From: the human T2T-CHM13v2.0 reference genome, Homo sapiens
Strand: one strand, 5' to 3'
Assembly: GCF_009914755.1 (NCBI RefSeq)
Contig: NC_060937.1
DNA: 64,000 bases
Position numbers and translations under genes: made by a program. Every line of letters begins with the position of its first letter. The first letter of the stretch is position 1. This document shows, piece by piece, positions 45,096 to 60,613 of the stretch. The notes beneath the pieces are model-generated. The model ran no database searches, was not told the DNA's origin, and saw nothing but the letters and a program-made list of their open reading frames with translations.

Positions 45096-46509
45096 ATATA
45101 TATACATACCTATACACACACACGTTTGTTTAATGAAATGGGAGAGAAGTTGAGACATACCTTTTTGTGCTTCAATGTGAGCCTGTGAGAGTTAGTAGTT
45201 TAGCTGATACAAAACCCCTTTGTAATCTATTATGCAGCCTGTTATTAGCAATCAGTCCTACAAGTGCTATTATTTTCATCCTCCAAGTAAAGCATAGGAG
45301 TTGGGTAAGGGTCAGAGTAGTTTGAAATTTGGATAAGAACTCAAATTCTTTACTGACTTCCCTCACACCTACATCTAACTTCTGCAGGAGCTATCCCATT
45401 AGTTGTGAATGATTTAATAAGCAAAACCTGGGGTGAGTTTACCTCCTGAGGCCAGTTCAGTTTTTAGACATAGTTGGCTTGCCCTGAGCTCTTCTTGGCC
45501 TATTTCTGGGCATTATGCATCCTGAGAAATATCGGGATTTTTTTTCTGTTACAAAGCAAACACTTCTCATGCTTCCAAGTATTTACATGTATCAGGCCCT
45601 AAGTGGTGGCCCTATCAGGAGCAGAGTGTGCAGGCGATGTTGTGCAGGGTGGGCATGGCTCAGCCTGTGCTGTCTGTGTGGTTCCAATGGTTCCAATATC
45701 CCAGCGGGGCTGTGCCTGTCCACCAGCCTGCTGGTTACCACAGCAGATAACATAGTAGACTCAGGGTTTAAGAAGAACCACCACCCAGAGCAAATGAATA
45801 AAACTGTAACTGCTTCATGGCTAGACTCTCTGAAGAAATGCCTCTGATATAACCTCAGTTGGTCCTCAGAAGAAAGTTTGCAAAAACAAGAACAATGTCT
45901 GAACTCATTCCTTGACCATAACCATCAAATTTAAATGCCACAGTTTCTCCATGTGGGAAATTCAAAGACATTGTGGACCTTTGCATGATGTGAAGGTGTG
46001 TTAATGAGATAGCTAGCTCCTTTTTGGAAAAGAAAACCTCAGAGTAAGACATAAAGTCTTTCTTGGCTGCAGCTGTTCTTTCATGAATGATCAGCTAGGT
46101 AAGCATGTTCCAGTAAAATTAAGCCTCACCATTGACAAGTGTTTGGAGGGCATTGTAAGATTCATGGATACATCCTGCGTCTGCCTTGTTGTTTTCTACG
46201 GGTTGAACATACGGCATTTAAGGAAATTTTGTGGTTAGTAACAGAAGATTTCAAAATTAATCTCTAGAATTTATATCTCTTAGATTAGATATTTTAATAA
46301 AAACACAATATTCCATACTGTCATGTGATTGCTAGCCTTTGGTTTGTATGAAAGAATTGTTTCACTCTTTCTGTAGATTTCTACAAAAAATCACTTGGCA
46401 GATACATACCAAAAGAATATTGTATTTTATATATTTAATATATTGAAAGGGATGCTGTCATACCCAATGCTTCTGAGCTCACCCACAAAAATAAACCTCA
46501 TGTTTATAC

Positions 46510-48600
46510 TTAAATTTATTTATTCAGCTAGCATGTTTTATAATCTGTTATGTACCAGGCACTATGCTAGAGGCTGGTAATTCAGAAATGAGAGACTCAG
46601 CCTTCCACTTCCATCAAGGGGCTTACAGTTTAGTGGGGAGACAGAGAAGTAAACTACAAACACAAGATCAGGTAACAAGTACTACTGTGGCCCAAAGCAA
46701 GGGTATTTCACTTTGCCTGGGGAAGTCAGTCAAAGCTTCTCAGAAGAATGGGTAAGGGTTAGAGCTGGAATTAAGAGGAAGGAAAAGCAGAATGTATAGT
46801 GCAGGACCTAACAGTAGTTCACAGCCTGGTGTTTTGGCAGACTTGCAGACAGTTCCCTATAGCTGAAGCACAGGGTTGCATGAAGTTAGAGAGGTGGGAA
46901 GGGGTCTTGTATGGCAACCAAGGGTTGGGCTTTATCTCAAAAGGGATTGAGAAATGTTGTAACAATCTGGCAGGAGTCATGAGGACTGAGCCAATAGGAA
47001 GGCTATTGCATTGATCCAAGTGAAGTATTACAAATACCTTAAGTAATAGAATGATGGTAGGAAAGAGGATGAGAAAACAGATACAAGCAATTTTTAAGAG
47101 GTAGATTCAACAGGGCTTGCTGAGTCTTTGAATCTGGGAGATGAGAAGGAAGAAAAGTCTTGAATTTCTAACTTGAGTGACTTAGAAAATGATGATGTCA
47201 TTCAGGCAATAAAGGAGAAAGTAAGAACTGGGGAAGGAAAGTGGTTAGCTCAGATGAAGCCATGTTGAATTTCAGGTACCTGAGGAGTATCCGGATTGAG
47301 GTGGACAGTAAGATGTGAAGAGGTAACATATGGATGGGAACTTCCATGGAGAGGTCTGAGGTGTAAAAGTAATTTGGGAAACGTCAGACAATAGGTGAAG
47401 CTGTGGGTTCAGATGATTCATCCTAGGCAATATTTATATATAAGAAGGAAAGGGGCTGAATATGGAGTTCTGAGTTATTCTTGCCATTGCAGGGAGGGAT
47501 AGAGAAGGAGCCCCTAATGCAAAGAGACCAAATAGTCACAGAGGTAGGAGGACAGAGGAGACATATGTCACAGTAGCCAAGTAAAGTGAACGTCTCAAAA
47601 AAGAAGACTTGACCAGTAATGCCAAATGCTGTCAAGAGGCCAAGTAGGGTGAGGACTGGAAAGTTCCATAGGGCTTAGGCATTGGTAGTTATGACACACT
47701 CATTCCCAATGTGCTGGAATGGCAGTAAGTTGGAATGAAGGGGATTAGGAGGGAGAGACAGAGAAGTTTCTAAGAAACTTGGCTGTGCGAAGTAAAAGCG
47801 AAATAACTAAACATGAGGAAAGAGCTGTCTGCTGCTGGTTGCCGCTGAATCTGTCAAGCTGATTTCTCCCAACCTGAGTGAACAAGAGCAGCAAGGAATG
47901 CCCTGCCCCGCATAACATGTGCTGTGTTTATTGTGTCCCCCTTGTGTCCTAGAACAGGAGTAAGATGGTGACCAAAATAAACATAGAATGTACCTAGTGA
48001 AATTGATAGTCCAAACAGGGAGAAAGCATATTGAAAACTAGCTGCACAATAAATGCATAATTTGTGATAAAGTATTTGTGTCAATAAGAAATGTCAACTG
48101 TGGCTCCAGATTTAGACCACGGAGTTAAGGGAAAGCTTCTCTGAGGAAGCAATACTTAGATGGATGAAGGGCAAATAGAATTTAGCCAAGGGAAGAGAGG
48201 AGGGCCTCTAGGCAGGTGGAACAGCAATGCTGAGCCCTGAGGTGCAGGAGTCCTGGGTAGCAGGGAAGGTGCAAGATGAGACTGAAGAGTTAGGCAGGAA
48301 CCAACAATGCCACACCTGGAAAACCAGGAAAGTGTAAGGTCACGGAAGCAAGAAAAAGAGAGTTGCAAGAAGAAGGGTGTGGAGCTATATCAAACGCTAC
48401 GGAGATGCCGTTTCAGTTAAGGGCTGAGAAGAGCCCACTGGCTAAGTGGAAGCTGTTGGTCACCTTAGTGGAAGTGTGGCCAAGGAGTCAGCCTGAAGTG
48501 GGCTGAAGGGGGAAGAGGAGTGGAAAGAGGAACTGAAGGCTGCGTATAAAGGCAGCTGTGTTGAGACATTAAGCGATGATTGGGAAGTCAGGAAGGTAGG
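46510..48600. mobile_element. Long degenerate L2 tract
   Basis: Purine-rich L2-type phrases (tgtaccaggcactatgctagaggctgg, catgttgaatttcaggtacctgagg, caaatgctgtcaagaggccaagtagggtgaggactg). Confidence 0.6.
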
Positions 48601-48609
48601 CTAGGAATT

Positions 48610-49014
48610 TGTATTAGTCTATTCTCTCATTGCTGTAAAGAAATATCTGAGACTGGGTAATTTATAGAGAAAAGAAGTTTGACTCATGGTTCTGTGGGCT
48701 ATACAGGAAGCATAGTGGCTTCTGCTTTTGGGGACCTCTCAGGAAGCTTCCAATCATGCCAGAAGGAAAAGGGGAGCAGGCATCTTAACATGGCAGGAGC
48801 AAGAGAGAGTGAGGGGGTAGGTGTTGCACACTTTTAAACCACCAGATCTCATGAGAACTCACCATCATGAGGACAGTACCAAGAGAGATGATGCTAAGCC
48901 TTTCATGAGATATCTACCCCATGATCCAATCACCTCCCACCAGGCTCCACCTTCAACAACGGGGATTACAATTCAACGTGAGATTTGCTGGGGACACAAA
49001 TCCAAACCATATCA
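48610..49014 (-). mobile_element. MSTA-like MaLR solo LTR
   Basis: tgtattagtc...caaatccaaaccatatca; perfect 5-bp TSD GAATT (48605-48609 / 49015-49019). Confidence 0.9.
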
Positions 49015-49835
49015 GAATTGGAAGGAAATGTGGGATAAGATAAGGGTTTTTGTTTTGTTTCTGTTTGCTTGTAAGACAAGAGGTATTGGCTATGTTTTCA
49101 TAAAGGCAAGAAAGATTTTATAGAAAGGGAAAGGTTAAGATGCCAGAGACCCATAGGAGTGACAATCTTGGGCAGGAGGCAGAAACAGGGTCAGGAGAGG
49201 GGACAAAGGTGGCTTTGTGGATTTGATGGCAGAAAAATGGGACTTCCTATCCGGTGCCATGTAGGAGGCAGGGTCGTCCCTGAGAACGAGATGGGAGGAG
49301 GGAAGCAGGAAGGCTGTGGAGTGCACAGGGCAGAAATGACTGTTGCAGTGAGGGATGCTTGCTGGGCCCAGGAAGGCCTGGTGGGGAGGTCTGCTTCCCT
49401 GACCTGCCTGTGGGGTTTTCCACTCACCACCTCCCCGTTGACCCTGCCAGTGTTCTTAGAAGGGTGTAAGAATGTTGTTTTGATTTTGTTCCCGTGTTTT
49501 TCCAAAGTCAAATTGTACCACATTATAGAATTTCCTACAAATCCTGAATATTCTGACGTGGGAGCAAGTGCTTTCTGCTCTGGTAATTTTACGCTATTTG
49601 ATTTCAAATTAGTTTCGTGATTTGTTTCCTCCCATGTTTACCCTTTGAGTTGCTTATTCCCTTTGGCTTCATCATTTGAAAAACTCATGATTTGGTGTCC
49701 GTCTTTTCTGGTTTTTTTTTTTTGCAACCACGTCTCACAGTTTAGAGCCTTCCATTTCATTTTATGGAACATGTTGTAAAGTTGGAATCTTTCATGCAAG
49801 CCCACTTGCAAAAATATCCAAATATTTTTGCCTTA

Positions 49836-49885
49836 TGTATTTCTTGGTATTCTCTCTTTCTCTCTCTCTCTGTATTTCTTGGTAT

Positions 49886-49943
<58 letters not shown>

Positions 49944-49966
49944 TGTGTCTGTCTGTCTGTCTCTGT
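49836..49966. repeat. Compound (TC)n(TG)n microsatellite with duplicated tgtatttcttggtattctctct unit
   Basis: Directly visible. Confidence 0.95.
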
Positions 49967-50749
49967 CACTTTCAGGTAGCATTCGTGGCAATAACGAGAA
50001 TGTCTGCTGGACCCTTTACCTCTCTCTTCCCTCCCCTCTATATACCTGGTGCTCACCAGGTCCCTGCTGCTGTTTTGTCGCTTGACTTTGTATCATATTG
50101 AGTTTCTGTCCTGGGTTCTCTGCTTGTACTCTGTCTTCTCCTTTTCATAATCACTCCAGGTCCCTGCCACTTTTTTTCTGGACACCCAGAGTCTTTTTCT
50201 TTCTTCCAGTGACAGTCAGAAGTTGGGGGAGCCCCCTTGGATGCATATTGTTGGAGGTTCCTAAGTTCATACCAAGTATCTTTAGAAATCAGGAAGGATG
50301 AGGAACAGAACTAACATTTTATGAGCATCTACTGGTATTGGATGCATTTCTTATGCTACCTTATATTAACCTTTACCATAACCTTGTGGTAGGGAGTATT
50401 GTTTTGATTTCATAGACAGATAAGTCAATCCCAGAAAGATTCCATAACTTGAGAAATATATCAGGGCCAGGACTAAAACTGTCCTTGTTTCCTGCCTGAA
50501 GCTCAGGGTGACTGACGGTTATCATTGTCAATGTCTAGACACGAAATATTCATCCCAGTTAGGCATGGGCCTAGGTGTTACCTCAGATCTTGAACTCACG
50601 CTGTGATATGAAAGTGGTCTCCTAGCAGTCAGGCATCTTGAGTCCTGGAGTCCAGACAGAAGGTGCCTCTACCACTAGGTGGGGATGTAGCAGCACCACA
50701 AATGAGTACACTACAAATGGAAAGACCCTCTAGAACAAAGGCGTTCAAA

Positions 50750-51400
50750 CTTAAAAAATAAGAATAATTTATTGCAGTGAAACAACATATAATTAACCAT
50801 TTTAAGGTGACTCTTCTGTGACATTTTGTACATTCGTGGTGTTACACAACCACCACTTCTATCTAGTTCCAGCACATTTCCATCACTCCAAAGTAAAAAC
50901 CCCTTCACCATTAAGCAGATTCTCCCAGTTCTTCACTCCCCGTAGCCCCTGGCAACAGCTGATCTGCATTCTGTCTCTATGGATTTACCTATTCTGGATA
51001 TTTCTTATAAATAGAATCATACCATATGTGACCTTTTTGTATCCAGCCTTCTTCAATTAGCATAACATTTTGGGGGTTCATCCATGTTGTAGCATGTTCC
51101 CAAACTTCATTCCTTTTTACGGATTAATAATATTCCATTACATATATATGCCACCTTTCGTTTATTCATTGATCCATTGATAGACATTGAAGACTTTGAG
51201 CTATTACGCATAGTGCTGCTATGAACATGCATGTACATATACTTGTTTGATAACTTGTTTTCATTTCTTTGGGGCATGTGTACACAGTGAAATTACAGGG
51301 TCGTATGCTAATTCTATGTTTAACTCTTTGAGGAACCATCAGATTCTTTCCATAGTAGTTAAACCGTTTTGCATTCTCACTAGCAGAGTATGAAGATTTC
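50750..51400 (-). mobile_element. L1MB-like fragment
   Basis: ctgtctctatggatttacctattctggatatttc; catccatgttgtagcatg. Confidence 0.8.
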
Positions 51401-51964
51401 AAACTTTTTAAAACCATGACTCGCAATATAAAGTACATTTTACATTGCAACCCAGTATTTAACCGTGTGTATGTATACATACAAATATAACAGAGGTTTC
51501 ATGAAACAGTACTCAACCTGACTGTGAATGATGCCCTCTAATGTATTCCCTCCTATTCTATGTCATTAGGAAAGTGTCTTGGTTTGACCCACCAAATTAA
51601 CTCCACAACTCAAAGTTAATTTGCTATCAGTTGAAGTCACAGATATTTTCATCATCACTACAGTTGCTTTAGGCATATTGAAATATTATTTATGATCATT
51701 ATTTTATTTAAAATTTCTTATAATTATTACGCCTCTGGATAATGTTATTTAAAGCACCATTTGAAGAAGCAGGTATATACGATACCACAATTTTGTGTTT
51801 TTTTAAATAGTTGAATAACTATGTTTCAAAATAATTGCTTTCTTTGTCACCCTGTGTCTTCCACATTTTATTCATGTAAACACATTATTCTGAGAAGGAA
51901 CTCATGGGCTTCGCCAGACTGCCAAAAGGGCTCATGGCACAAAAATACTTAGGAACATGCTAGA

Positions 51965-52290
51965 CTACACTGTCCAATAAGGGAGCCATTAGCCACTTGT
52001 AGCTATTGTGTACAATATTGTGTACAATGGCTGCAAGATGGATGTGGCTAGTCCAAATGCAGATGTGCTGTCAAATACCCACTGGATTCCAACTATTTGG
52101 TACAAAAAATATTAAATGTCTCACTAATATTTTTTATATTCATTAATTATTGAAATGATTTTTGGCATATTGGGTTAAACAAAACAGATTATTAAAATTA
52201 ATTTCACCTGCTTGTTGGTTATTTTAATGTAGCTACTTAAAAATTGAACACTGCGTGTGTGGTTCGCATTGCATTTCTGTTGGACATCAC
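51965..52290. mobile_element. MER33-like hAT MITE
   Basis: cactgtccaata...agccattagccac start; ...catttctgttggacatcactg end. Confidence 0.6.
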
Positions 52291-54896
52291 TGGCTTAGCA
52301 CCAGATCGGAGTTCCAATCTTGTTGTTATCACAGGACCAGTAGTAATCACTGTTACTGTTACTGTCATTACTCTGCTGCGGGACCTACCCTGATAAATTT
52401 CAGTTTCCTCCTCTGGAAGTGTAGATATAAAGCCAAAGGAGAGCATATTGCTGTGCTTATTCTGTATTCAGCCTTTTTCCTAATACATTTCTCACTATTG
52501 GAATTGTCTAGTCATCTCATCTTTCATCCAGAAGTCTGGTGAAGGCCCATGTCCATGTCCCTTCCCTTATGCTTCTGCTACCCCTTGTTGTAATGAACAC
52601 AAAATATAAATTATATATGGGAAAATCATATACCAAGGTAAGGATATAAGAATTCATAGACAAATAAATATTTAAAAATAATTTTAAAGGATAAGAAAAA
52701 GGGGAAACTCCCTTGAGGAGCAAAGAAGGTGGAAAATAAGGCTTGTGGTAGGGTGGAGTAGTAATTTGACCACAGTTGCCACCCATCCTGTATTTATCCA
52801 AAGGCCAGAGTGGCATTTGGATAAGACTCAGGCAAACCACCAGCACATTCCTGGAGTTGATGAATGGCCACTTAAACAGCAGGACACCCCTGGCATGTCC
52901 CTAAACCCAAAACTAAAAGTCCAGCAGGCTATTACAATGAGGGAAGGTGCCAGCATGTGTCTTTAAGGGCGATGGGCTGAGCAGGGACCACTCACCCTCT
53001 TATTTGTCTGATTCTTACACTGATGGGAGCCCTGAGAATCTAATATTAGCATCCTGGGAATACAAAGCCCTTTCATCTACATAATCTCCTTTAAGATCAT
53101 GAAACAACCTTATGTAAAGGGCAGAATCATGTGTACCTTATAAATGAGAAAGAAATAGGTCAAACACATAAGTGGATCACTGAGGCCATTACTGGGTGGA
53201 GCAGGGTTTATCTGACCATGAGCTTGAGTTTCTCCACAGCTAACACTGAGGGTCAGAATCATGACCCTCCACTTCTGTTTCCTTGGGCTTCTCAGAGTGA
53301 TCTCACCCCTGTGGACGGTCTGCAAAGATCATTACTCTTGACCTCACTTCTGCCTCCTAAGCTGAGCCGTGCAGTTGGAGTCGCTCTTCCCACTAGCCTG
53401 CTAAGCTGCTGCCTTCCATCATTCAGACAGTTTCTGACAGCCCCACCCTCCTACACAAAGCCCTGCCTGTCTGGTCAAAGGAGGGTGGTGATTTCCCACC
53501 CTTTCTAAAAACACGCCTTGTAAGACTTTCTCTGTCCTCTAAAATATACTTGCTCCTTCAGAGTCACATTTTCTACTACTGTACGGTTAAACATCGTCTG
53601 TGGGAGGAAAGGTGATGTATGGGTTTTTCTGCTCCACTGTTGTCGGGCTTAGACCACCATCTTCTAAAAGGCAGAAACCTGGGGTCTGTACCAGACAGCT
53701 CCATGAACAGATGGTCATTTTGAAGTCTTTGAAGGTGAAATCTGTGATGCTCAGTGAGGTATACACTTCTTTTTAAAGTGGTAGTTCCAAATGAAGTGAT
53801 GCTGTAACATATCCTTAATTCCTTAGACCACTGTCCTTAATCTCAGTTGTAATAACCTGGCGTGTGACTATTGTTTATTCCTGGTTTACAAGAATTGTCT
53901 AGTTATATAGTTTCTATTGCTTTTCCTCTAAGCTGAACAAAGCACTTTGATACTACTTCATTAATTTCACAGTAGACAGCTTGATCGTTTTTATATTGAT
54001 TTATCGCTTTCTAATCCCCAATTATTTTTTGGTCCTATGTCAGCTTCTCCTGCCAGTAGACAGTGTGTGTTTTCATGGATACTCTTGACATGAGCTTTAT
54101 TAGAACATAACCAAGAAGGTGAATCTGTTGCCAAAAAATTAAATAATGTTTGCCAAAGAGTTACACAGAATAATTTATTACCCAGTGTTCTGCTTTTCCT
54201 ATGCAATGGTTCCTCCCAGTGGTATAGAAAACCAAAGATTGGCTTGCCCTAAGAGATGAGGCAGTTTGGGGATGGGAAATAGTGTTCTTCTTTTAGTAGA
54301 TAAATAACATGTCCAAGGTTATAGGATCGGGATCAAAATAAAAAGCAGAATCATGAGTTTCCTGATTCCCAGCCCTTCAACCTTTGCTAATAGGTAACTA
54401 TAAACATGGTCATACCTAGAAAGAAAAAATTTTAGCACCTAGAAGGAAAAAAACGTAAAATTTAAGTAGCATGCGCTAAAAAACTATCCAAAATTTCTAG
54501 TTTTCCTCAATTTCATTGATTTGAAAATTATAGGTTTTAATAATTATGTACATTAAATGGTATCTTAAGGAAAAGTTGATCTTTCCCTTATTACTTAAAC
54601 CCTACTATTTATTTTTGTGTATCAGATTGGTAACATTGGTGGGAATATTCACTCTAGCCATAAAAGGTATTTAATTTTTATCACCAAATAATAGGAGTAT
54701 CACCCAATAACTTTAATACAACTATGAGAATGCTCTATTTTTTTGTTTTGCTAGATTATCATTCATACAGGGAAGAACCAGCATTTTCTTAGTTCTCCTG
54801 TAGATGGCGAATCTAAAGGGTGATGACGACTGATATAAATATAATTGTTTTTTATACTGTTAAGCATTATGTATCTGCATTTTTGGTAAATAATAA

Positions 54897-55245
<349 letters not shown>

Positions 55246-56161
55246 TAATATTTTATAATTATGTATTAATAGTTGGCTCCTATTGTGGCCATTTATATTT
55301 GACCTGTTTGTATCTGAACGTAAATAATTTCTCAGGTTGCTGGTGATATTCAAAAATAGGATAATAAAGTTATCATTAGTGTTGTATGCTTTCATGCTAA
55401 GGGGCATGAGGTAAATGCTGTCATGTTTTCTCTTTGCATACATGTCTTTAAATACATTAAATACTAAGTGTGCTATGACCTTATTCTGCAGAAATTGAAG
55501 TCGAATCTTTATGTGTACAAAATATGTATGAACCACAACATCTCCTGGTTTTGACTACAGGTTAATGATATCCAAATATGCAGACACTACTTTGAGAGGT
55601 TGATGAGAAGACTAAATTAGGTAAATTTTGAGATGATACTAACCTAACCGGAACCTCTAATCAAATGGAAGTTTACCCTGGGCACCAAATGTTATATGAC
55701 TTAATATTACTAAAATGTTAAGTAATAGTGTTTGTATGTGCATGTGTTTAGACTTTCTTTACCTTTCCGAAACTTCCAGCCTTGTGGGCAGGTCTACCTT
55801 ACCTTGGTAGCCAGCAGAGGGGGTTGGGGGTAGGGATCTCTCTATGATGACAGGTTCTCTCTCTCCTCTTTCCTTCTCTTCTCTTTTTCTAACCTGACTA
55901 TGGAGTTAAGGAGGCATTTTGTGCTGCATATTCTGGGTTCATTTCTCACTACAGATTTGCTACATAACAGTTGTCATCTGCCTAGGCACTCATGTAGTCC
56001 TCATAACAGATTTGTGTGACAAGGCACTAGTTTACAGACGAGGAAAATGAGGCCATGAGATGCTCAACAACTTTGCCAACAATACAGCTTTTATATGATG
56101 GAGCATGGTCTGGTCTACAATGTCACTCCCCTTCTAATTAATATCCTTTGAATATTTGTTC

Positions 56162-56456
56162 TTTTTTTTTTTTTTTTTTTTTTTGAGACAGAGTTATGCT
56201 CTTGTCGTCCAGGCTGAAGTGCAATGGCACCATCTCAACAACCTCTGCCTCCCAGGCTCAAGCGATTCTCCTGCCTCAGCCTCCTAGCTGAGATTACTGG
56301 CACCCACCACCACGCCCAGCTAATTTTTGTATCTTTAGTAGAAACAGGGTTTCACCATGTTGGCCAGGCTAGTCTCGAACTCCTGACCTCAGGTGATCCA
56401 CTCACCTCAGCCTCCAAAAGTGTTGGGATTACAGGTGTGAGCCACCGCACCCAGCC
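56162..56456 (-). mobile_element. Alu
   Basis: Reverse Alu with small deletions; TSD tgaatatttgttctt. Confidence 0.95.
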
Positions 56457-58727
56457 TGAATATTTGTTCTTGAAGTCACCATTCAGTTGTCTGGAGCAGG
56501 GTTGAGGGAGAGGCGCAATTTTCCTTTCACTAGCATGCAGGCCCGGGTTAACTGGTGCCCTAGTTCTAATTCATCCTAATGATGTCTCAGTGCCACTTTT
56601 AGAGAAGTGCCCAGCAGGTGCCCAGTAGGTGTGCCCCTTTGTTCAGCTTTGTCTATGCATGCCCTCTGATATACAGCCCAGCCCCAAGCCTCAATATTAG
56701 GCCTGAATAAATACCATTCTTTTACCCCACTCTAGACCTGTCAAAACACCTTGGATGACAATGGACACATGGAGGGGGCATTCCATGTGCAGAGCAGAAA
56801 GCAGGGTAAATTCCAGGCTTTTTTTCCTCCACTCCCTGCTGCCACTTCTCGGAGTCTTTTATTGTCTTCTGCTTAAACCCTTCAGGGGCTTCCCATTGTG
56901 CTAGAATTCCTCCTGATTCCTTTGTCTTGGCTCTGGGTTCCTTATAAAACCCCTTCGCAGGGGAGCTGAGTAGGAAAGAAAAAATGAGTTCTGCTGCTAT
57001 GTTTCAATGATAACAATTTTAGAAGACATGATTTTTCTTGTTTATGTTTGAATCTGGACAACAACAAGCTTTGCTATAATGAAGTTGTGTTGCATTCAAA
57101 AAATTTAAATGTATTTCAATTCATTGAAAAAAATTATTTGCAGTGGATAGTAATGGAGTAAATGTTTTTCAAAACTTGCTGAATCTATTTTTGTGAAGAT
57201 TTATATATGTGGGTTGGATTTTTTAAGGTAATGATTATTGTGTTTGATGCTTACCACATGGACATTGTGTGGCATCATTTCATATTTTTTCTCTAATATT
57301 TCTTAGGATGGGATAGATCCGTCCAAATCATGCATCAAAAATAGGTCAAAAGAGAAGTTTGTTATTTATCTCAACACTTTGTCCTTTAGGTTATCTCTAA
57401 AAAGCCTCTTATTCTACTGTTTAAAGAAAAACAAAACCCTTTTTCCATACTCATCACCATTGATTGTAACTGCTGTCTTTCTATCTCAATTCAGGGGATG
57501 CTTAATTTGATTTGGAGCTGTTCTTAAGATACAATGTATAATAGTGGGAATATAATATAGTTCATGCTTTTTTGGAAGTTGAGACTGCTGATCAAAAATT
57601 GATAAAGCAATTATTTTCTTGCATTTAGTGATTTTCCTTTGTTTCTTCAGGATGCTAGTGAAACATTTCTGCCTAACACATTCTGTTCATGAATGTACAT
57701 GTCACTCTGTGACAGTAATTACACATGTGTACCCACGTGTATCCGTCTACAAGAAAAGGGGGTGGATTCCAATCGTAACCCAATCAACTCAATCAGATGC
57801 TTTAAAATCATTAGGTAATGGCTCTTGATGTTGGCATGCATCCAGACTGTTTGCAAGGCTTTGTTTCCACATTTTTTTTGAATGCCACACAATTTAGCCT
57901 CAAAAAAATTTTCAAAATGCTTTTAAAAAAAGAGTAAACTAAGTATGAATTAAAACAAAAAATTGCATTTCTTATACATTTTTTTCCCACAGGCAGCAGA
58001 TAACAGTCAGACATGACAAGCTTGCTCATTCACTTATTCACTCAACATATGTTTATTGCATGAGGACTTACTGTGTGCTACAGAGATGTAAGGAACACAA
58101 AGCTGAGTAAGACACAGGTCTTCTGGAGGGAGAGACGGGACAGATGGTTATAATTGGGATCAAGACAGGAGGAGAGTAAATGCCATGGATTATGAGATAT
58201 AGTCTCTGTATCCTTTACCACCCTCATCCCACTCTGCTACATGGCTTGCTAGGACATAGGTACATAGGTGACCAATAGGTCACTCCTTCTGACCACCTCC
58301 TTCCCATTGACCACCCAGAGCTACCACCAGCCCATGTGGTATCTTGATAAAAAAAAAAAAATAGGCACCCCTTCCTCTGGATTGAGTCCTGGGCTGATGC
58401 AGACCCATGCCAGGGTAGAAGCAGCCCACTGCCACCTCTGTACCTGCCAAATTGGAGAGTGGAGTTCAGACTAGATTTCCATCCTCAGTCACCCCATCTC
58501 CACTCTAGGTCAGACATCCTTGTAGAGACCACCGCCTGTATAATGAATCAAATTAATGTAAAAAATAAAGGCATTCTTCTCTTGGTTTCTTGGAATTGGT
58601 TACAGTCCCCAGGGAATACATCACCCAGGACAAAGCCAGGCAGGAAGACAGTGAATAGGCTGGGAGAGTCAGTGGGACCTGAAGCGCCTCTGCTGTGTTA
58701 GGGAGTACCTTAGCATCTTTCCTGAAC

Positions 58728-59038
58728 TTTTATTTATTTATTTATTTTTATTTTTTGAGATGGAGTCTTGCTCTGTTGCCCAGGCTGGAGTGCAGTGACA
58801 TAATCTAGGCTCACTGCAACCTCCGCCTCCTGGGTTCAAGTGATTCTCCTGCCTCAGCCTCCCAAGTAGCTGGGATTACAGGCGGGTGCCACCACGCCCA
58901 GCCAATTTTTGTATTTTTAGTAGAGATGGCGTTTCGCCATGTTGGCCAGGCTGGTCCTGAACTCCTGACCTCAAGTGATCCACCCGCCTTGGCCTTCTAA
59001 AATGCTGGGATTACAGCCATGAGCCACTGTGCCCAGCC
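58728..59038 (-). mobile_element. Alu (AluSx-like)
   Basis: Reverse Alu with (TTTA)n tail; flanks ttcctgaactt / ttcctgagctt. Confidence 0.95.
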
Positions 59039-60304
59039 TCTTCCTGAGCTTTCTCTAAAGAACTTGGTAACCATGATTCTCACCTTGCTTGTGATTTTTA
59101 AAAAAATAAATAAATAACAAAGTTATGACAAGTGACTCAGGGTCTAAAATAGACCTAAATTTTACTAGCTATATGAGTTTGACCTTATTTTATGCCTCCT
59201 TAAGCCTCAATTTTCTCATCTGTAAAATGGGACTAATAATAGTACTTACTTCATAGGTTTGAGGTGAGTATTAAATATAAAAATATATATATTTTTAACT
59301 ACAATATTTATATTCAACAAATGTAGATGGTGTCATTTAGTGTCATCACTTGTGTCAGGCCACTTTCCGACTTTTTCCCCACTCTTTGATACCATTTTCT
59401 AAGGCCTTCCACTTTTCCTGTTATCTTTCACTCAGTCCCCAACATCTATGCCTAATTCCATGCTTGACAATTCATTGTATGTTCTCCTAATATTTTTAAG
59501 GAAGGATCCCTCATTTTTACAGGTATGAAAGCTGAGATAGCTTTAGGTCCTCTTAAATCATAACTGAAGTCACTAGCAAGCCAGGAACACATTCAGATTT
59601 TACTGTTGCATTTTAAAGTACCTCTGTCCAGGTGCCTCTTCTGACTAATTTTTTTATGCCCCCCCAGAGAGAGAGAAGACAAAAGGATAAATGTTTCAAC
59701 TCAGCTTGCAGCGGGTGTCATTCTATTTGATTTGCAGGCCTTTCAACAAAACAAAAGCCCTTTTCTGTTCTTTTACAATATATGTCCTCTTTAAAGGTAC
59801 TCGAATGAAGAAAAAGCATACACTGGACAAGATTTCAGGTTCTAAGAGACAGAAACTGGGCTCTTAGATGCTGATTCACTCTTCACAGTGAAAGCTAGAT
59901 GGCATTGAAAACATTATTTTCTAAGTAGCATTTACATTTTTATGACCGTTTCCCTTGAAATATATATGAGTGGCATTCTCAGCAAGTTAGTATGTTTATA
60001 GTAGTTAAATACTGAAAACTTATGTATTTAAGTATTGAAAACTTTAAAAAGCCAGTTAAAAATTTTTTAAAATAAAGTCAACAGAGAGAATCTCTATATA
60101 TTTGAGTAACAATATACAATAGCATGTTTGCTTATTGCAACTGATTTTAAATGTCTCCAACTTGCTCTCCCCAAATAGTTACCACTGGTGTTCAAAAGTA
60201 ATATATCTTTTAAACCACATAAAGAGTAAAGAAAAAAAAGTATTTAGCTTTTTAAAAAAAAGTTCTATTCTAGAGTCACTAAGGATTCATAATAAGAATG
60301 AATG

Positions 60305-60613
<309 letters not shown>

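Noticed and set aside
49159-49620. Overlapping 153-aa (+) and 138-aa (-) ORFs
   Set aside because: No domain similarity or exon structure recognisable; probably degenerate repeat or unique non-coding DNA.
57630-57660. Strong-looking acceptor ttttcctttgtttcttcag
   Set aside because: No convincing paired donor or reading frame; such sites are common by chance in AT-rich DNA.
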